From the NCBI GenBank assembly GCA_016784385.1, contig JADHUT010000003.1, positions 2,923 to 66,922 of the forward strand: a stretch of 64,000 nucleotides of DNA, written 5' to 3'. A model generated the notes under the pieces. It saw nothing but the letters and a program-made list of their open reading frames with translations. It was not told where the DNA came from and did no database searches. The position numbers were made by a program, and so were the translations under genes. This stretch comes from Candidatus Microgenomates bacterium (GTDB lineage: Bacteria; Patescibacteriota; Microgenomatia; UBA8517). This document shows positions 37,849 through 47,203 of this stretch, one piece after another. The first letter of the stretch is position 1; each line of letters opens with the position of its first letter.

Positions 37849-39078
37849 CTAATCCTTTTTCTCAGACAATAGTTTATATGAAATTACACCAGCACCACCT
37901 GCAAACAAAGTATGTAATATGCTTTGAAAGTTATATGGATCATAGAACTTTTCCATTACAGCAAAAGGGGTTGGGAGTAAATCATACCAAGTTGTATAAA
38001 TCCTAAATAGTGAAATTGTCATGTTTCTATCTTCATACAAAAGTGGAATTGCAAGTGCAAGCATACAAAGAAGAACCACAGGCCAGGTCAATTTACTGTT
38101 TTTAACAATTAGTATCAACAAAAATGGTGCTATCCAAAGCAGCCATGAGATATGAAAGTGGGAGAATGAAAAAATAATTAATAAAAACACTACCCAATAA
38201 TTAAATAGGTTAATGTCCTTTTTGTGTAGCCATACAGAGAAAAACAAAGCGGAAAGAATCAGCAGTCCCATCATGATTGACTCACCGAATCCAACTAATA
38301 TGCCTGGGTTAAATATTCTTGTAGTAAGACCAGATACCAGGGCTGACTGAACAAAAGCTGTAGACCAAAATGGAACTATCGTCAAAAATAGTATAAACAA
38401 AGGAATCAACACTGAAAGAATCTTTTGTTTGGTGTTTTTTGCTTTCAAAAAAATGAAAGGCAAGAAAATTAAAGGATATGCTTTAAAACAAGCTGCAAGT
38501 CCCAGAAATACTAATGCACTAAGCAGTTTCTTTCTTTTTAGAAAGAGAAAAGCTACTAGTGTTAAAAATACACTATAAATATCAATGTTGGAAAATGCGT
38601 AAATTAAAATTATTGTAAATGGGTTAAATAACCAGAAAGTAAAAGCTTTTTCTTTGTCTTTTTCATCCTTAAAAAATTTAAGCAACAAAAATGCAATTGC
38701 AATATCCACAACCAACAAAGGAAATTTCAAAAAAATCAGGTACCAAAAGATGTTTGGGTCTGTAACTGATGTGACAGAGTCTGCATTTGCTAGCCAGTTA
38801 TCCAAACCTTGCCCCAAAAGAGGTGAAACAATTGCTTGGTATCCTCCAACCACAAAGTAGGACAATGGAAAATATACAAATTCTTCCTTTAAAGGAAGGC
38901 TCATTCTATTTTCAATTAAATAAGGGTAAATATTAACTACCCCTTTTTTCAAAAAAGAGGATTGGAAGTTGAATGTTTTGATATCTGGGTGATACAAAAA
39001 TCCAGAGACCAACAACCTCAAGACAATTGCTAAAAACAATATTTTAAGTCTGCCCTTTTTAAATATACCTTCCTTCAT
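37849..39078 (-). CDS. Polytopic membrane protein, a putative GT-C-like (DUF2029/GT87-type) glycosyltransferase; a paralog of 39078..40337.
   Basis: 409 aa with about 11 TM helices. N-terminal YHPDIKTFNFQSSFLKKG compares with YHSDVVPFDFAGRVL in the neighbour. The two genes share a 1-nt start/stop overlap. Confidence 0.45.
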   Translation of the reverse strand: MKEGIFKKGRLKILFLAIVLRLLVSGFLYHPDIKTFNFQSSFLKKGVVNIYPYLIENRMSLPLKEEFVYFPLSYFVVGGYQAIVSPLLGQGLDNWLANADSVTSVTDPNIFWYLIFLKFPLLVVDIAIAFLLLKFFKDEKDKEKAFTFWLFNPFTIILIYAFSNIDIYSVFLTLVAFLFLKRKKLLSALVFLGLAACFKAYPLIFLPFIFLKAKNTKQKILSVLIPLFILFLTIVPFWSTAFVQSALVSGLTTRIFNPGILVGFGESIMMGLLILSALFFSVWLHKKDINLFNYWVVFLLIIFSFSHFHISWLLWIAPFLLILIVKNSKLTWPVVLLCMLALAIPLLYEDRNMTISLFRIYTTWYDLLPTPFAVMEKFYDPYNFQSILHTLFAGGAGVISYKLLSEKKD

Positions 39079-40337
39079 TAAATACTCTCCGATCTTTTAG
39101 AAAAATGATAGTAAACATAATACAAACTGACCCCGACAAAAATAGTATGAAAAATACTTCTCAATGTATTTATATCTGGATTCATTCCCATTAGTTGCCA
39201 CACCCCAGGAAGGCCATAAAGCGCAGGATTAATAGGAGAGAACAACCAGACAGTTAACCCTGGGTCAAAGAAAGTAATGAGAGCTATAAAGCTAAGTAGT
39301 GACACTGCCACAAGAGGCCAGTGCTTGAAATTTGATTTAACCAGGTCTATCACAAAAAATGGCATAATCCACAAAAACCATTGAGGGTGGTAGTGGGTAA
39401 AAGTAAAAAATATAAGCATCATAACAAAAAATCTTTTCCACAAATTTTCGGCAGAACTATTCCTGTAAAGAAACACAAGATAGAAAAACATAACTACTGC
39501 TAGAAAAAGTATTATTGATTCTCCTCCAGAGATAGGAATTTGAGCATATAGACTCTTCGTAGTCTGACCAGCCAAAAGTGCAGTTCTTCTAAAGCCAGCG
39601 GAGCCAATAAAAGGAAATGCTGCCACAGCGTAAGTCAATGTTCCTACAGCTACTATTTTAATCCTGCTCCACCAATCTTTCTTAAGAAGGGCCAATGGAA
39701 CAACAAACAAAAGTGGGAAGATTTTAAAAGCAGCTCCCAAACCAAGAAGCATTGCACTTGGCAACAAACTTACATCCTTCTTGTCTCTTTTTTTAAGTAC
39801 AAGAGCTAGTGCTGCTACTGTCAAAAATGTCGGTATTATGTCGAACTGCCCCAACATGTAGGTTGCATACAAATTAACAGGATTAAACAGCCAAAGTCCG
39901 AACGCCCATATCTTTTTCTTCCTGTCTTTGAAAAATGACATCAAAAGAAAAGCGGTAGCAATATCAAAAATAAAATAAGGAAGCTTTAGAAGCAATAATA
40001 GTAAATTTAGTTGAATGTTGCCCAATGTTGAGGGAAAATCAAGAAGAAAATTGTCATGTACTTGCGGGTTTACCATCCAAGTGGTTAATAGAGATGCTCC
40101 ACCAAGGAAAAAATATGTTAGGGGTGGATAATTAAATAAATTTCTAGGGTAAACTCCTAAATAAGGGTGATCTTCAGGGAGTTCCCATAAATAATCATAA
40201 AAAGTGGTGATTTTAGTTTCAGTTAACACTCTCCCTGCAAAATCAAAAGGTACTACATCAGAATGATATGTTGTAAAAGAGAGAAGTACCCGCAAGAGTA
40301 CCGCAATAATTAAAATTTTAGATATTACTTTTTTCAT
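39078..40337 (-). CDS. Polytopic membrane protein, a putative GT-C-like glycosyltransferase; a paralog of 37849..39078.
   Basis: 419 aa and multi-TM, with an architecture similar to its downstream neighbour. Confidence 0.45.
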   Translation of the reverse strand: MKKVISKILIIAVLLRVLLSFTTYHSDVVPFDFAGRVLTETKITTFYDYLWELPEDHPYLGVYPRNLFNYPPLTYFFLGGASLLTTWMVNPQVHDNFLLDFPSTLGNIQLNLLLLLLKLPYFIFDIATAFLLMSFFKDRKKKIWAFGLWLFNPVNLYATYMLGQFDIIPTFLTVAALALVLKKRDKKDVSLLPSAMLLGLGAAFKIFPLLFVVPLALLKKDWWSRIKIVAVGTLTYAVAAFPFIGSAGFRRTALLAGQTTKSLYAQIPISGGESIILFLAVVMFFYLVFLYRNSSAENLWKRFFVMMLIFFTFTHYHPQWFLWIMPFFVIDLVKSNFKHWPLVAVSLLSFIALITFFDPGLTVWLFSPINPALYGLPGVWQLMGMNPDINTLRSIFHTIFVGVSLYYVYYHFSKRSESI

Positions 40338-40339
40338 TT

Positions 40340-42025
40340 TTAATCGCTTTTAAACAAATCTTCTTTAGATAGTATTACTATACAAGCTCCAAGTGACATT
40401 ACCGATACAATGTCTAGCAAGAGTCTCATTGTCGACTCACGATACTCAACCTCTACTACGTGCGTTCCAGCTGGAACAGTAATTGTAATTTGACCGAATG
40501 GCTTACCCGCAATAATTTCTGTACGTTTACCATCAATTTTGGCCACCCAGCCTGGATACATATATTTTGTGTAATATAGTTCAAATTCATACTCACTGTC
40601 AGTAATTATTTTAGCATCCAAAGCGCTTTTTTCCTCAATCCTCAAGATTGCGGCTGAATCCGTATATGCTCTTTTGTAAAGCTTGTCTGGTCTTTTTTGG
40701 GTGGCCTTAGGCAGTCTTAAATATTCTTCAGATGTTTGCTTGTAAGCATCACTTGCAGTACCTTTTGGAATATATCTATTTATGTAGTAAGCATCTTCTC
40801 TTCCTAGATATTCGCTGGTTTTGAAGTATTTAAAATTAAGTAGTATTGAAAATAAAATTACAAAAAAAGAGATCAATACTGAAAAATTCTTTTTGTTTTT
40901 GAACAACTTTGCAAATACAAGCAAAAATAAAGGACTAGCAAAGCATATCATCACCAAAAATCTCCAAGGGAATTGAAAATAGGGTAAAAGCGGCAAGTTT
41001 TCCCACAAAAAAGCAGACCTGTGGTTCATCATAAAAATACTTGCAAAAAATATCACTGTTCCCCAAAGCAAAAATATTTTTTCTTCTAATGAAAAGATTT
41101 TGTACTTTTTCACAAAAATGATACTACCTAGAAGTACCACTGCTAATCCAGTAAAACCCATATAAAAAGACATTGTGTCGTAAGGGCCTGGGACTGATGC
41201 TCCGTAACCAAAATAAGGAGTTATGAATTGTCTCAAAGTGGGGAAGTGGTTATAGAAATTAAAAACTGTGTCATATTGCATTAACCGACTTTCCAAAATA
41301 GCCGGAAACCAAAAATATATCGAGGTGAGTAGTCCCGATAAAAGTCCCCAAAAACTTCTACTAATTGCCTCTTTTTTATCTTTAGAAATCCATATAATTC
41401 TTGCTACAACAAAAATAAGTAAAAATGGCATGAACATATATGCCATAATATTGTGCGACAGAACAAGTGCAGCGGTTGAAAGCCCTGCAATTCCTACCCA
41501 TTTAAAAGATTTCTCGTTACTTGTTAATTTTATGAAAGAAAGAGTAATTAGCGGGAGGAAAACAAAAGCAACTATCTCCCCTATCGTTCCCCTAACGAAA
41601 ATTTCCAAAGCTCGGTACGGAGCATATACATATAGTACTGCACCTGCCAAAGACATCTCTCTAGCCATAAATTGCCTGAGCAGCTTGTACATAAAATACA
41701 TTGAAAATGGAATTGATAGACCAAAAACAATCTTCACACTACCAACTAATGAAAAACCAATTAAATGAAAAGCTTCTGCTATATAAAATGGCAGTGGATA
41801 TACAAAACTGAAAAGTGGATAACCAAATCCAAAACTAAGATCAGGTACATACCTTGGTGGGAACTGCAGCATCTTAACTACTCTGTCCATCTCAAAAAGC
41901 CATCCTATGTGTAAGTCATCAGAAACTCCGAAGTAACCATCAACAAATAAATACCTCACAGCAGGAATAGATAAAAGCAATATTATAAAATACAAATATT
42001 TCTTTACAAAATTCACTTTTTTCAT
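40340..42025 (-). CDS. YfhO/COG5617-like polytopic membrane protein (putative GT-C glycosyltransferase), copy 3 of a three-gene paralog array.
   Basis: GYFGVSDDLHIGWLFEMDRVVKMLQFPPRYVPDLSFGFGYPLFSFVYPLPFY is conserved with the two upstream paralogs. The C-terminal beta-rich domain ends in a final TM helix. Confidence 0.5.
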   Translation of the reverse strand: MKKVNFVKKYLYFIILLLSIPAVRYLFVDGYFGVSDDLHIGWLFEMDRVVKMLQFPPRYVPDLSFGFGYPLFSFVYPLPFYIAEAFHLIGFSLVGSVKIVFGLSIPFSMYFMYKLLRQFMAREMSLAGAVLYVYAPYRALEIFVRGTIGEIVAFVFLPLITLSFIKLTSNEKSFKWVGIAGLSTAALVLSHNIMAYMFMPFLLIFVVARIIWISKDKKEAISRSFWGLLSGLLTSIYFWFPAILESRLMQYDTVFNFYNHFPTLRQFITPYFGYGASVPGPYDTMSFYMGFTGLAVVLLGSIIFVKKYKIFSLEEKIFLLWGTVIFFASIFMMNHRSAFLWENLPLLPYFQFPWRFLVMICFASPLFLLVFAKLFKNKKNFSVLISFFVILFSILLNFKYFKTSEYLGREDAYYINRYIPKGTASDAYKQTSEEYLRLPKATQKRPDKLYKRAYTDSAAILRIEEKSALDAKIITDSEYEFELYYTKYMYPGWVAKIDGKRTEIIAGKPFGQITITVPAGTHVVEVEYRESTMRLLLDIVSVMSLGACIVILSKEDLFKSD

Positions 42026-42053
42026 AAAATGGTTATTCTATTTTGGTTATTCT
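42017..42053 (-). promoter_or_regulatory. Conserved leader element at the start of 40340..42025. It contains a direct repeat AGAATAACC-N5-AGAATAACC immediately 5' of the ATG.
   Basis: The 35-nt string ttttcataaaatggttattctattttggttattct recurs at 60181..60215 with one mismatch. On the coding strand it reads AGAATAACCAAAATAGAATAACCATTTTATGAAAA. Confidence 0.4.
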
Positions 42054-42061
42054 AATTTTTA

Positions 42062-43777
42062 TCATTGCCATTCTTTTTTTCTTTTAAGTAGTCCTATAAA
42101 CCATCCTATGCTGACAATTGTTATTATATTAGAAATTGTTCTCAATGGTGTATTTTTAAATCTTCCTTCTATTTTGTAGTCACCTTTGTCTAGTGTTACA
42201 GAAATTCTCCCCAATAAATTATCATGTGTTGAGGGGTAACTCTTGCCATCCACTTTAACTTCCCAATTGGGAAAATAGTAAACAGGTATGTGTATCTCTG
42301 ATAATTCACTTACCTCTGCCTTAAATTCCCATCTATTAGAACGGTTTTTAAAGTCAACAACACTTGCCTCCCCTGAAATGACAAGTGGAGCCTCAGGTGC
42401 TGCTTCTCTTGGCTCTAGAGCAGTTTTAGGTAGGTAATCTAGTATTGCACCGCGTCTTTGTTGTTCCCACAGCTCTCCTGTCAATTTTTGTTTGCTGGTA
42501 ACATCAAAAAACTCACGAGGTTTAAAGTAACTCCAATTTAAAATCACTGTAGATACAATCACTATGATTGCAAAAATCTTTTGCCATTTTTTCTTTACAG
42601 AAAATATGACAAATCCACCCAATATGGATGCAGAAAAAACAGTAAGAGATAAAAACCGCCAGGGAAATTGAAAAAATTGTAGTATTCTAAAGCTCTCCCA
42701 AACAAATGTAGATTTATTGTGTGTCATTAGTACAGAAACTATGAATGTCCCCACAATTCCAACCACTAAAACTTTTGTAGACTTTCTAATTTTGGATGTA
42801 AATATTGTCCTGGAAAAAAATAGTGAAACGGCTGAAAATCCTACCAACAACCAGTATGGCCAACCCACTTGAAAAGACATACCTCCTTCTGGGCCTGGTA
42901 TTGAAGTTCCATAACCCCACGCCCGATCAAAAAAGAGTTGCTTGATACTTATAAAATTAGCTCTGTAATCCAATTCAAACCTAGTTAAGCTTTCAGTTTG
43001 GACCAATTCTTTTTCAAAAAAAGCAGGAAAAACAAAAAAAGATGACAAACCAATAGCCAGAAGAGTAGAGATAACAATAATTTTTACACTTTTCCATTTG
43101 GTTGCAAATAGCCAGTAAATTATCCACACTATTAAAATCGGCAAAAATATAACAGTCATTATATTGTGTGTAATAAGGAAGAAAAACAAGGTGAGAGTAG
43201 AATAAAAGAAAATATTCTTTTCTCCTGGTTTCGTAATCAACTTTAGAAAAAAGTAAAAGACAAAAGGAATTAGCGCCAAGCCCATACTCTCAGACAAAGC
43301 CCCTCGAACGTAAATATCTAGTGCTTTATATGGTGCAAAAAGATAAAGTATGGCTGCTGTAATCCCTGCATATTTTCCCCAAAGTTCAGACACTAAAAAG
43401 TACATACCAAAACTCCCCCCCACTAAAGCAATTAAGAAAAGGAGTTTCGATGCTGCCAAAAAGCCCATAAAATAGCTCAATATTGCTCCTAAATAGTAAG
43501 GGAAGACTCCATAAAAGTTAAAAAGCGGATAGCCGTTCCCCCACCCCATGCTCGAAACCCATCTACAGGGAATTTGACCATCGGCAAAACACTTTCTCAT
43601 TTCAAAAATCCTAATTACTTGCAAATCATCTTGGTGAGAAAAATAACCCCCTCGCAACAGTGGCCAAGCAACAGAAAGACCTAAAATTGTAATCAAAACT
43701 AATTCCCAATGCTTACCAACAAAGTTGACCAAACTACGTTTATTTAATAATTTTTTAATGCTTTGCAGTTTATTCAT
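42062..43777 (-). CDS. YfhO/COG5617-like polytopic membrane protein, copy 2 of the array.
   Basis: GGYFSHQDDLQVIRIFEMRKCFADGQIPCRWVSSMGWGNGYPLFNFYGVFPYY. It contains a G7 homopolymer in the coding sequence (43415-43421). Confidence 0.5.
   Translation of the reverse strand: MNKLQSIKKLLNKRSLVNFVGKHWELVLITILGLSVAWPLLRGGYFSHQDDLQVIRIFEMRKCFADGQIPCRWVSSMGWGNGYPLFNFYGVFPYYLGAILSYFMGFLAASKLLFLIALVGGSFGMYFLVSELWGKYAGITAAILYLFAPYKALDIYVRGALSESMGLALIPFVFYFFLKLITKPGEKNIFFYSTLTLFFFLITHNIMTVIFLPILIVWIIYWLFATKWKSVKIIVISTLLAIGLSSFFVFPAFFEKELVQTESLTRFELDYRANFISIKQLFFDRAWGYGTSIPGPEGGMSFQVGWPYWLLVGFSAVSLFFSRTIFTSKIRKSTKVLVVGIVGTFIVSVLMTHNKSTFVWESFRILQFFQFPWRFLSLTVFSASILGGFVIFSVKKKWQKIFAIIVIVSTVILNWSYFKPREFFDVTSKQKLTGELWEQQRRGAILDYLPKTALEPREAAPEAPLVISGEASVVDFKNRSNRWEFKAEVSELSEIHIPVYYFPNWEVKVDGKSYPSTHDNLLGRISVTLDKGDYKIEGRFKNTPLRTISNIITIVSIGWFIGLLKRKKEWQ
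43415..43421 (-). repeat. G7/C7 homopolymer inside the YfhO-like GT-C gene 42062..43777.
   Basis: aactcccccccactaaag. The coding strand encodes ...ALVGGSFGMY... Confidence 0.55.
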
Positions 43778-45477
43778 TTCTCTCTTTTCTTTAAATGCTC
43801 ATTTTTAGATATCAACCACACCAATATTATTATACTAGCTACTGTTATCAAGTTCCCAATTGACCTCACTGGAGTGTTTGTTAATTTGGCTTCAACACTG
43901 TGTTCCCCTTTTGGCAGTTTGAAAGTAATTAAGCCGTAACAAAACTCCTCACCTCTACAATCATCATTGTAATGATCCACCACTTCTCCATCAACACTTA
44001 CCTGCATACCAGGGAAGTCGTAAAGGGGTAGACGGATGGTTGCATCTTCAGATACCTTGATTATTCCGTTTTGAAAATTACTACCCTTTTTATACTCAAC
44101 CACCTGTACACTGCCGTCCATTATTTCAGGCAATAGTGGAGCTTCTGTAATTGGAGGGAACTCTGCATAAATTGGCAAATAATCAAAAATGCTTATTGTC
44201 ATTTGCTTTTGCCATGAAATTCCAGAAAACTTGTCCGCATCGGTTATATCAAGCCAGTCTTTTGGAACAAAGAAACCAATGTTTAAAATAATTGCCGACA
44301 AAATTAATACTCCCCCCAAGGCGTACTTAATCTTTTTAGAAAAATGTACTGCAAGTCCTCCCAAAAGAGATAGTAAAAATATACTGACTGACAAAAATCT
44401 CCAAGGAAATTGTAACCACCAAAGAGCGGGTATTTGGGCCCATATGAAACTTGATTTCATATGAATCATAAACAAAACTAGTAGTTCGAGTCCTCCTAAA
44501 ATGAGTATTAAATTTATTAGTTTTTTCTCCTTTTTATTCTTTTTGTAATTAAATATTCCCAAAACTACAGCCACTATTCCAACTATCCACTGAATAAGTC
44601 CTGTTGAAAGATTTAAAAGTTCATCGGGAAACCCAGATGATCCATAACCCCACTCTCTGGAAATAAATAGTTTATACAAACTTACAAAATGAGCTCTATA
44701 ATCAAAATAACCTGACAAAATAGAATCTATATGGGTGAATTTAGCCTCAAATAAAACCGGAAGAGTGAAAAAAGCAGCTAATCCAACTCCAAATAATCCA
44801 AATAATCCAATCCTCAGCAATAATCTAATCTTTTTTTCTACAACAGCCCAATAAATAGCCCAGACAATTGCAACTGGTGCAAAAATCAAAGTCATTAAAT
44901 TGTGTGTCAAAAGAAGTAGAGACAAAAAAACTGAAAACCAAATAAAGTATTTCTTTTTTTCAGTTTTTATTAATTTGTACAAAGCCCATAAAATTACCGG
45001 AAACAAAGGTAGTGCCCAAAATTCACTCATAGCACCTCTAACATAAACCTCCACTGCTTTGTAGGGAACGTAAGTGTATAAAACTGAAGAAACAAAACCA
45101 GGCCAAGAGCCAAGAAGCGATTCAACAAGTACAAACATTGCTAAAGCGGAAAATATGTAGCCTGCTACAAACAAAATTTTTACGACATCTATGTATTGAA
45201 AACCAACTCTGTGCAATACTGCACCAACATAATATACAGAAGGAGGATAGAAGTTGAACTGTGGATAACCATACCCATAACCCGCATCAGGAACCCAACG
45301 ACAAGGAATTTGGACGTCTCTGAAACATTTATCCATCTGTTGAATCCTAAAAGCTTGTAAATCATCTTGCATTGAGTAGTATCCAGGACGAAGTAAATTC
45401 CAGGTTACTGGAATCGTAAATATAATCACCAAAACTATCCAAACAAGCCTTTGTCTATTTTTGAATACTTTTTTCAT
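43774..45477 (-). CDS. YfhO/COG5617-like polytopic membrane protein, copy 1 of the array.
   Basis: GYYSMQDDLQAFRIQQMDKCFRDVQIPCRWVPDAGYGYGYPQFNFYPPSVYY. Overlaps copy 2 by 4 nt. Confidence 0.5.
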   Translation of the reverse strand: MKKVFKNRQRLVWIVLVIIFTIPVTWNLLRPGYYSMQDDLQAFRIQQMDKCFRDVQIPCRWVPDAGYGYGYPQFNFYPPSVYYVGAVLHRVGFQYIDVVKILFVAGYIFSALAMFVLVESLLGSWPGFVSSVLYTYVPYKAVEVYVRGAMSEFWALPLFPVILWALYKLIKTEKKKYFIWFSVFLSLLLLTHNLMTLIFAPVAIVWAIYWAVVEKKIRLLLRIGLFGLFGVGLAAFFTLPVLFEAKFTHIDSILSGYFDYRAHFVSLYKLFISREWGYGSSGFPDELLNLSTGLIQWIVGIVAVVLGIFNYKKNKKEKKLINLILILGGLELLVLFMIHMKSSFIWAQIPALWWLQFPWRFLSVSIFLLSLLGGLAVHFSKKIKYALGGVLILSAIILNIGFFVPKDWLDITDADKFSGISWQKQMTISIFDYLPIYAEFPPITEAPLLPEIMDGSVQVVEYKKGSNFQNGIIKVSEDATIRLPLYDFPGMQVSVDGEVVDHYNDDCRGEEFCYGLITFKLPKGEHSVEAKLTNTPVRSIGNLITVASIIILVWLISKNEHLKKREK

Positions 45478-45518
45478 ATAACAGCAATTATATATATTCT
45501 ACAACAAAAAAAGGTCTT

Positions 45519-46334
45519 TTATGCCGAAGGTAAGAAGTTTTTGGAAGTTGAAATTGTTTTTCCAGTCTCTTTTTCTAACTTTTCTCTAGCTTCTCCTGCA
45601 ATTCTGCCTCCACGCTTTGAGGTTTGTTTATTTTTTTCAAATCCTTGCGGATGTTCTGTTTTAGTGATTTCAGTTGTTGCGGCCTCCCCTAATTGCGAAA
45701 AGAGAAGCTCTAAATCGTTCATGTGATCTCTTAAGTTTTGTCTTTTTAACCCTTTCAGCTTTTTATATTCAGATGGTGTTACTCCAAATGTTGCTTTTGA
45801 AATTTCAGCAGTCAATATCGCATATTCGACAGGTTTCTTTACACCGTGAGTATACCACTCATCAGTTAGCTCCTCACGAATGGCGATTCCGCGCATTCTT
45901 CTTTCAATCCAAGAACCTGGATATCCTTTTGCTTTATAAATTGCTCTTGCCCTTTTTTGTGCCAATTCAGGATCTTCAATTTCTTCTATTCGTTCATAAC
46001 CGACTTTTGCAAGCCATCTTTTAAGTGGTTCTGCTTTAGATGAGGGAATTGATTGAATTATTCGGAACATACCTTCTGTGTTTGCACAATTTATTTTCTG
46101 TGTTCCTCCTGCAGTCTTAATTGAAAGGGGGGCGGCAATTTGCCCCCACCCTTCTGAAAGATCTGAATCACGACGACGCATATCTTTTATATAACCAGAA
46201 GGTTGAGTAGAATCTGTTAAAACAGAGATAATATCAACTATTACAAACCACCATTCATTTTTGTGAATAACCTTCCTAATTTTCTTTTGTCTGAAGATCG
46301 CTATTTTAGTATTTTCAGGTTCTGTGGTTGTCAT
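45519..46334 (-). CDS. DinD-like (DNA-damage-inducible protein D family) protein with an N-terminal Bro-N-like domain.
   Basis: The N-terminal IAIFRQKKIRKVIHKNEWWFVIVDIISVL resembles Bro-N. The C-terminal KGLKRQNLRDHMNDLELLFSQLGEAATTE...GGRIAGEAREKLEKETGK parallels E. coli DinD KGLKKNQKILDHMGSTELAANLFRATQTEE...VGRKVRQTIQELGG. By eye the gene is GC-richer than its neighbours. Confidence 0.55.
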   Translation of the reverse strand: MTTTEPENTKIAIFRQKKIRKVIHKNEWWFVIVDIISVLTDSTQPSGYIKDMRRRDSDLSEGWGQIAAPLSIKTAGGTQKINCANTEGMFRIIQSIPSSKAEPLKRWLAKVGYERIEEIEDPELAQKRARAIYKAKGYPGSWIERRMRGIAIREELTDEWYTHGVKKPVEYAILTAEISKATFGVTPSEYKKLKGLKRQNLRDHMNDLELLFSQLGEAATTEITKTEHPQGFEKNKQTSKRGGRIAGEAREKLEKETGKTISTSKNFLPSA

Positions 46335-46365
46335 TAATTAACAATATCCCAAACACACCCCGAAG

Positions 46366-47187
46366 TCAACTTGTTAATTTTTGCCATTTTTGGCCTGACC
46401 AAATTATGGCGTTTATTATGTAGTGCTTGACCAAACCATGGTAAATCTTGCTTGAAGGAATTAATCTCTTCCACCTCTCACTTTCATCTGCAAGTTTTTT
46501 GAAAGTTGCCCCGTGATAATGCATTATCACTGACTCTGGCAAATAATAAACCTTCAGGCCCTTTTTCCAGGTTTGTCTGCAATAATCAATATCCTCAAAA
46601 TATGCAAAATACCTCTCATCCAATATTCCCACTCTTTTTCTGGCCTTCGGAGTAATCAAAAATACTGCTCCCACAACAGAATCCACCTCTGTAGGATTTT
46701 TTCCTTTGGGAGCAAATTTATCAAACAGGCCCTTACTACCTAAATAATATTCTTTAATTGCATTTGTAATTGTTGGGAAATTAAAACAACTATTTTGAAG
46801 CGTCCCGTCCATATTAAGAAGCTTACTTCCAACAACTCCTGCATCAGGAGTTTTTTTGGCGAAATCTACTAAACTTTGAAGAGAGTTTTTGTAAACTACG
46901 GTATCGTTATTCAAAAGTAAAACATACTCTCCTTTTGATTTTTTTATTCCCTGGTTATTCGCTTTGCCGTAACCGGTATTGCTGTCATTAAAAATTGCAG
47001 TGAAATTGCTATATTTTTTGTCAAAACGCTTTAACATTTCATCTGATCCGTCATCTGATCCGTTGTCTGTGACAAAAACTTCAAATGAAACTTTTGGTTT
47101 GTGCTTGAAAATCGACTCAATGCACTCTTTTGTTAAATCGACAGTGTTCATGTTGACTATGACAATTGAGAGGGTTATTTTTTTCAT
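46366..47187 (-). CDS. Glycosyltransferase family 2.
   Basis: LSIVIVNMNTVDLTKECIESIFKH...EVFVTDNGSDDGS. Confidence 0.75.
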   Translation of the reverse strand: MKKITLSIVIVNMNTVDLTKECIESIFKHKPKVSFEVFVTDNGSDDGSDEMLKRFDKKYSNFTAIFNDSNTGYGKANNQGIKKSKGEYVLLLNNDTVVYKNSLQSLVDFAKKTPDAGVVGSKLLNMDGTLQNSCFNFPTITNAIKEYYLGSKGLFDKFAPKGKNPTEVDSVVGAVFLITPKARKRVGILDERYFAYFEDIDYCRQTWKKGLKVYYLPESVIMHYHGATFKKLADESERWKRLIPSSKIYHGLVKHYIINAIIWSGQKWQKLTS

Positions 47188-47203
47188 CTATACATTTATA
47201 AAA

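Noticed and set aside
29152-45477. The paralog arrays might be a diversity-generating retroelement or cassette-switching system (template and variable repeats).
   Set aside because: There is no reverse transcriptase or recombinase in the window. The paralogs are diverged along their whole length rather than sharing near-identical repeat blocks.
45519-46334. The DinD/Bro-N gene could mark a prophage or insertion sequence.
   Set aside because: No integrase, transposase, terminal inverted repeats, target-site duplication or other phage genes lie nearby. I kept it only as an isolated embedded gene.
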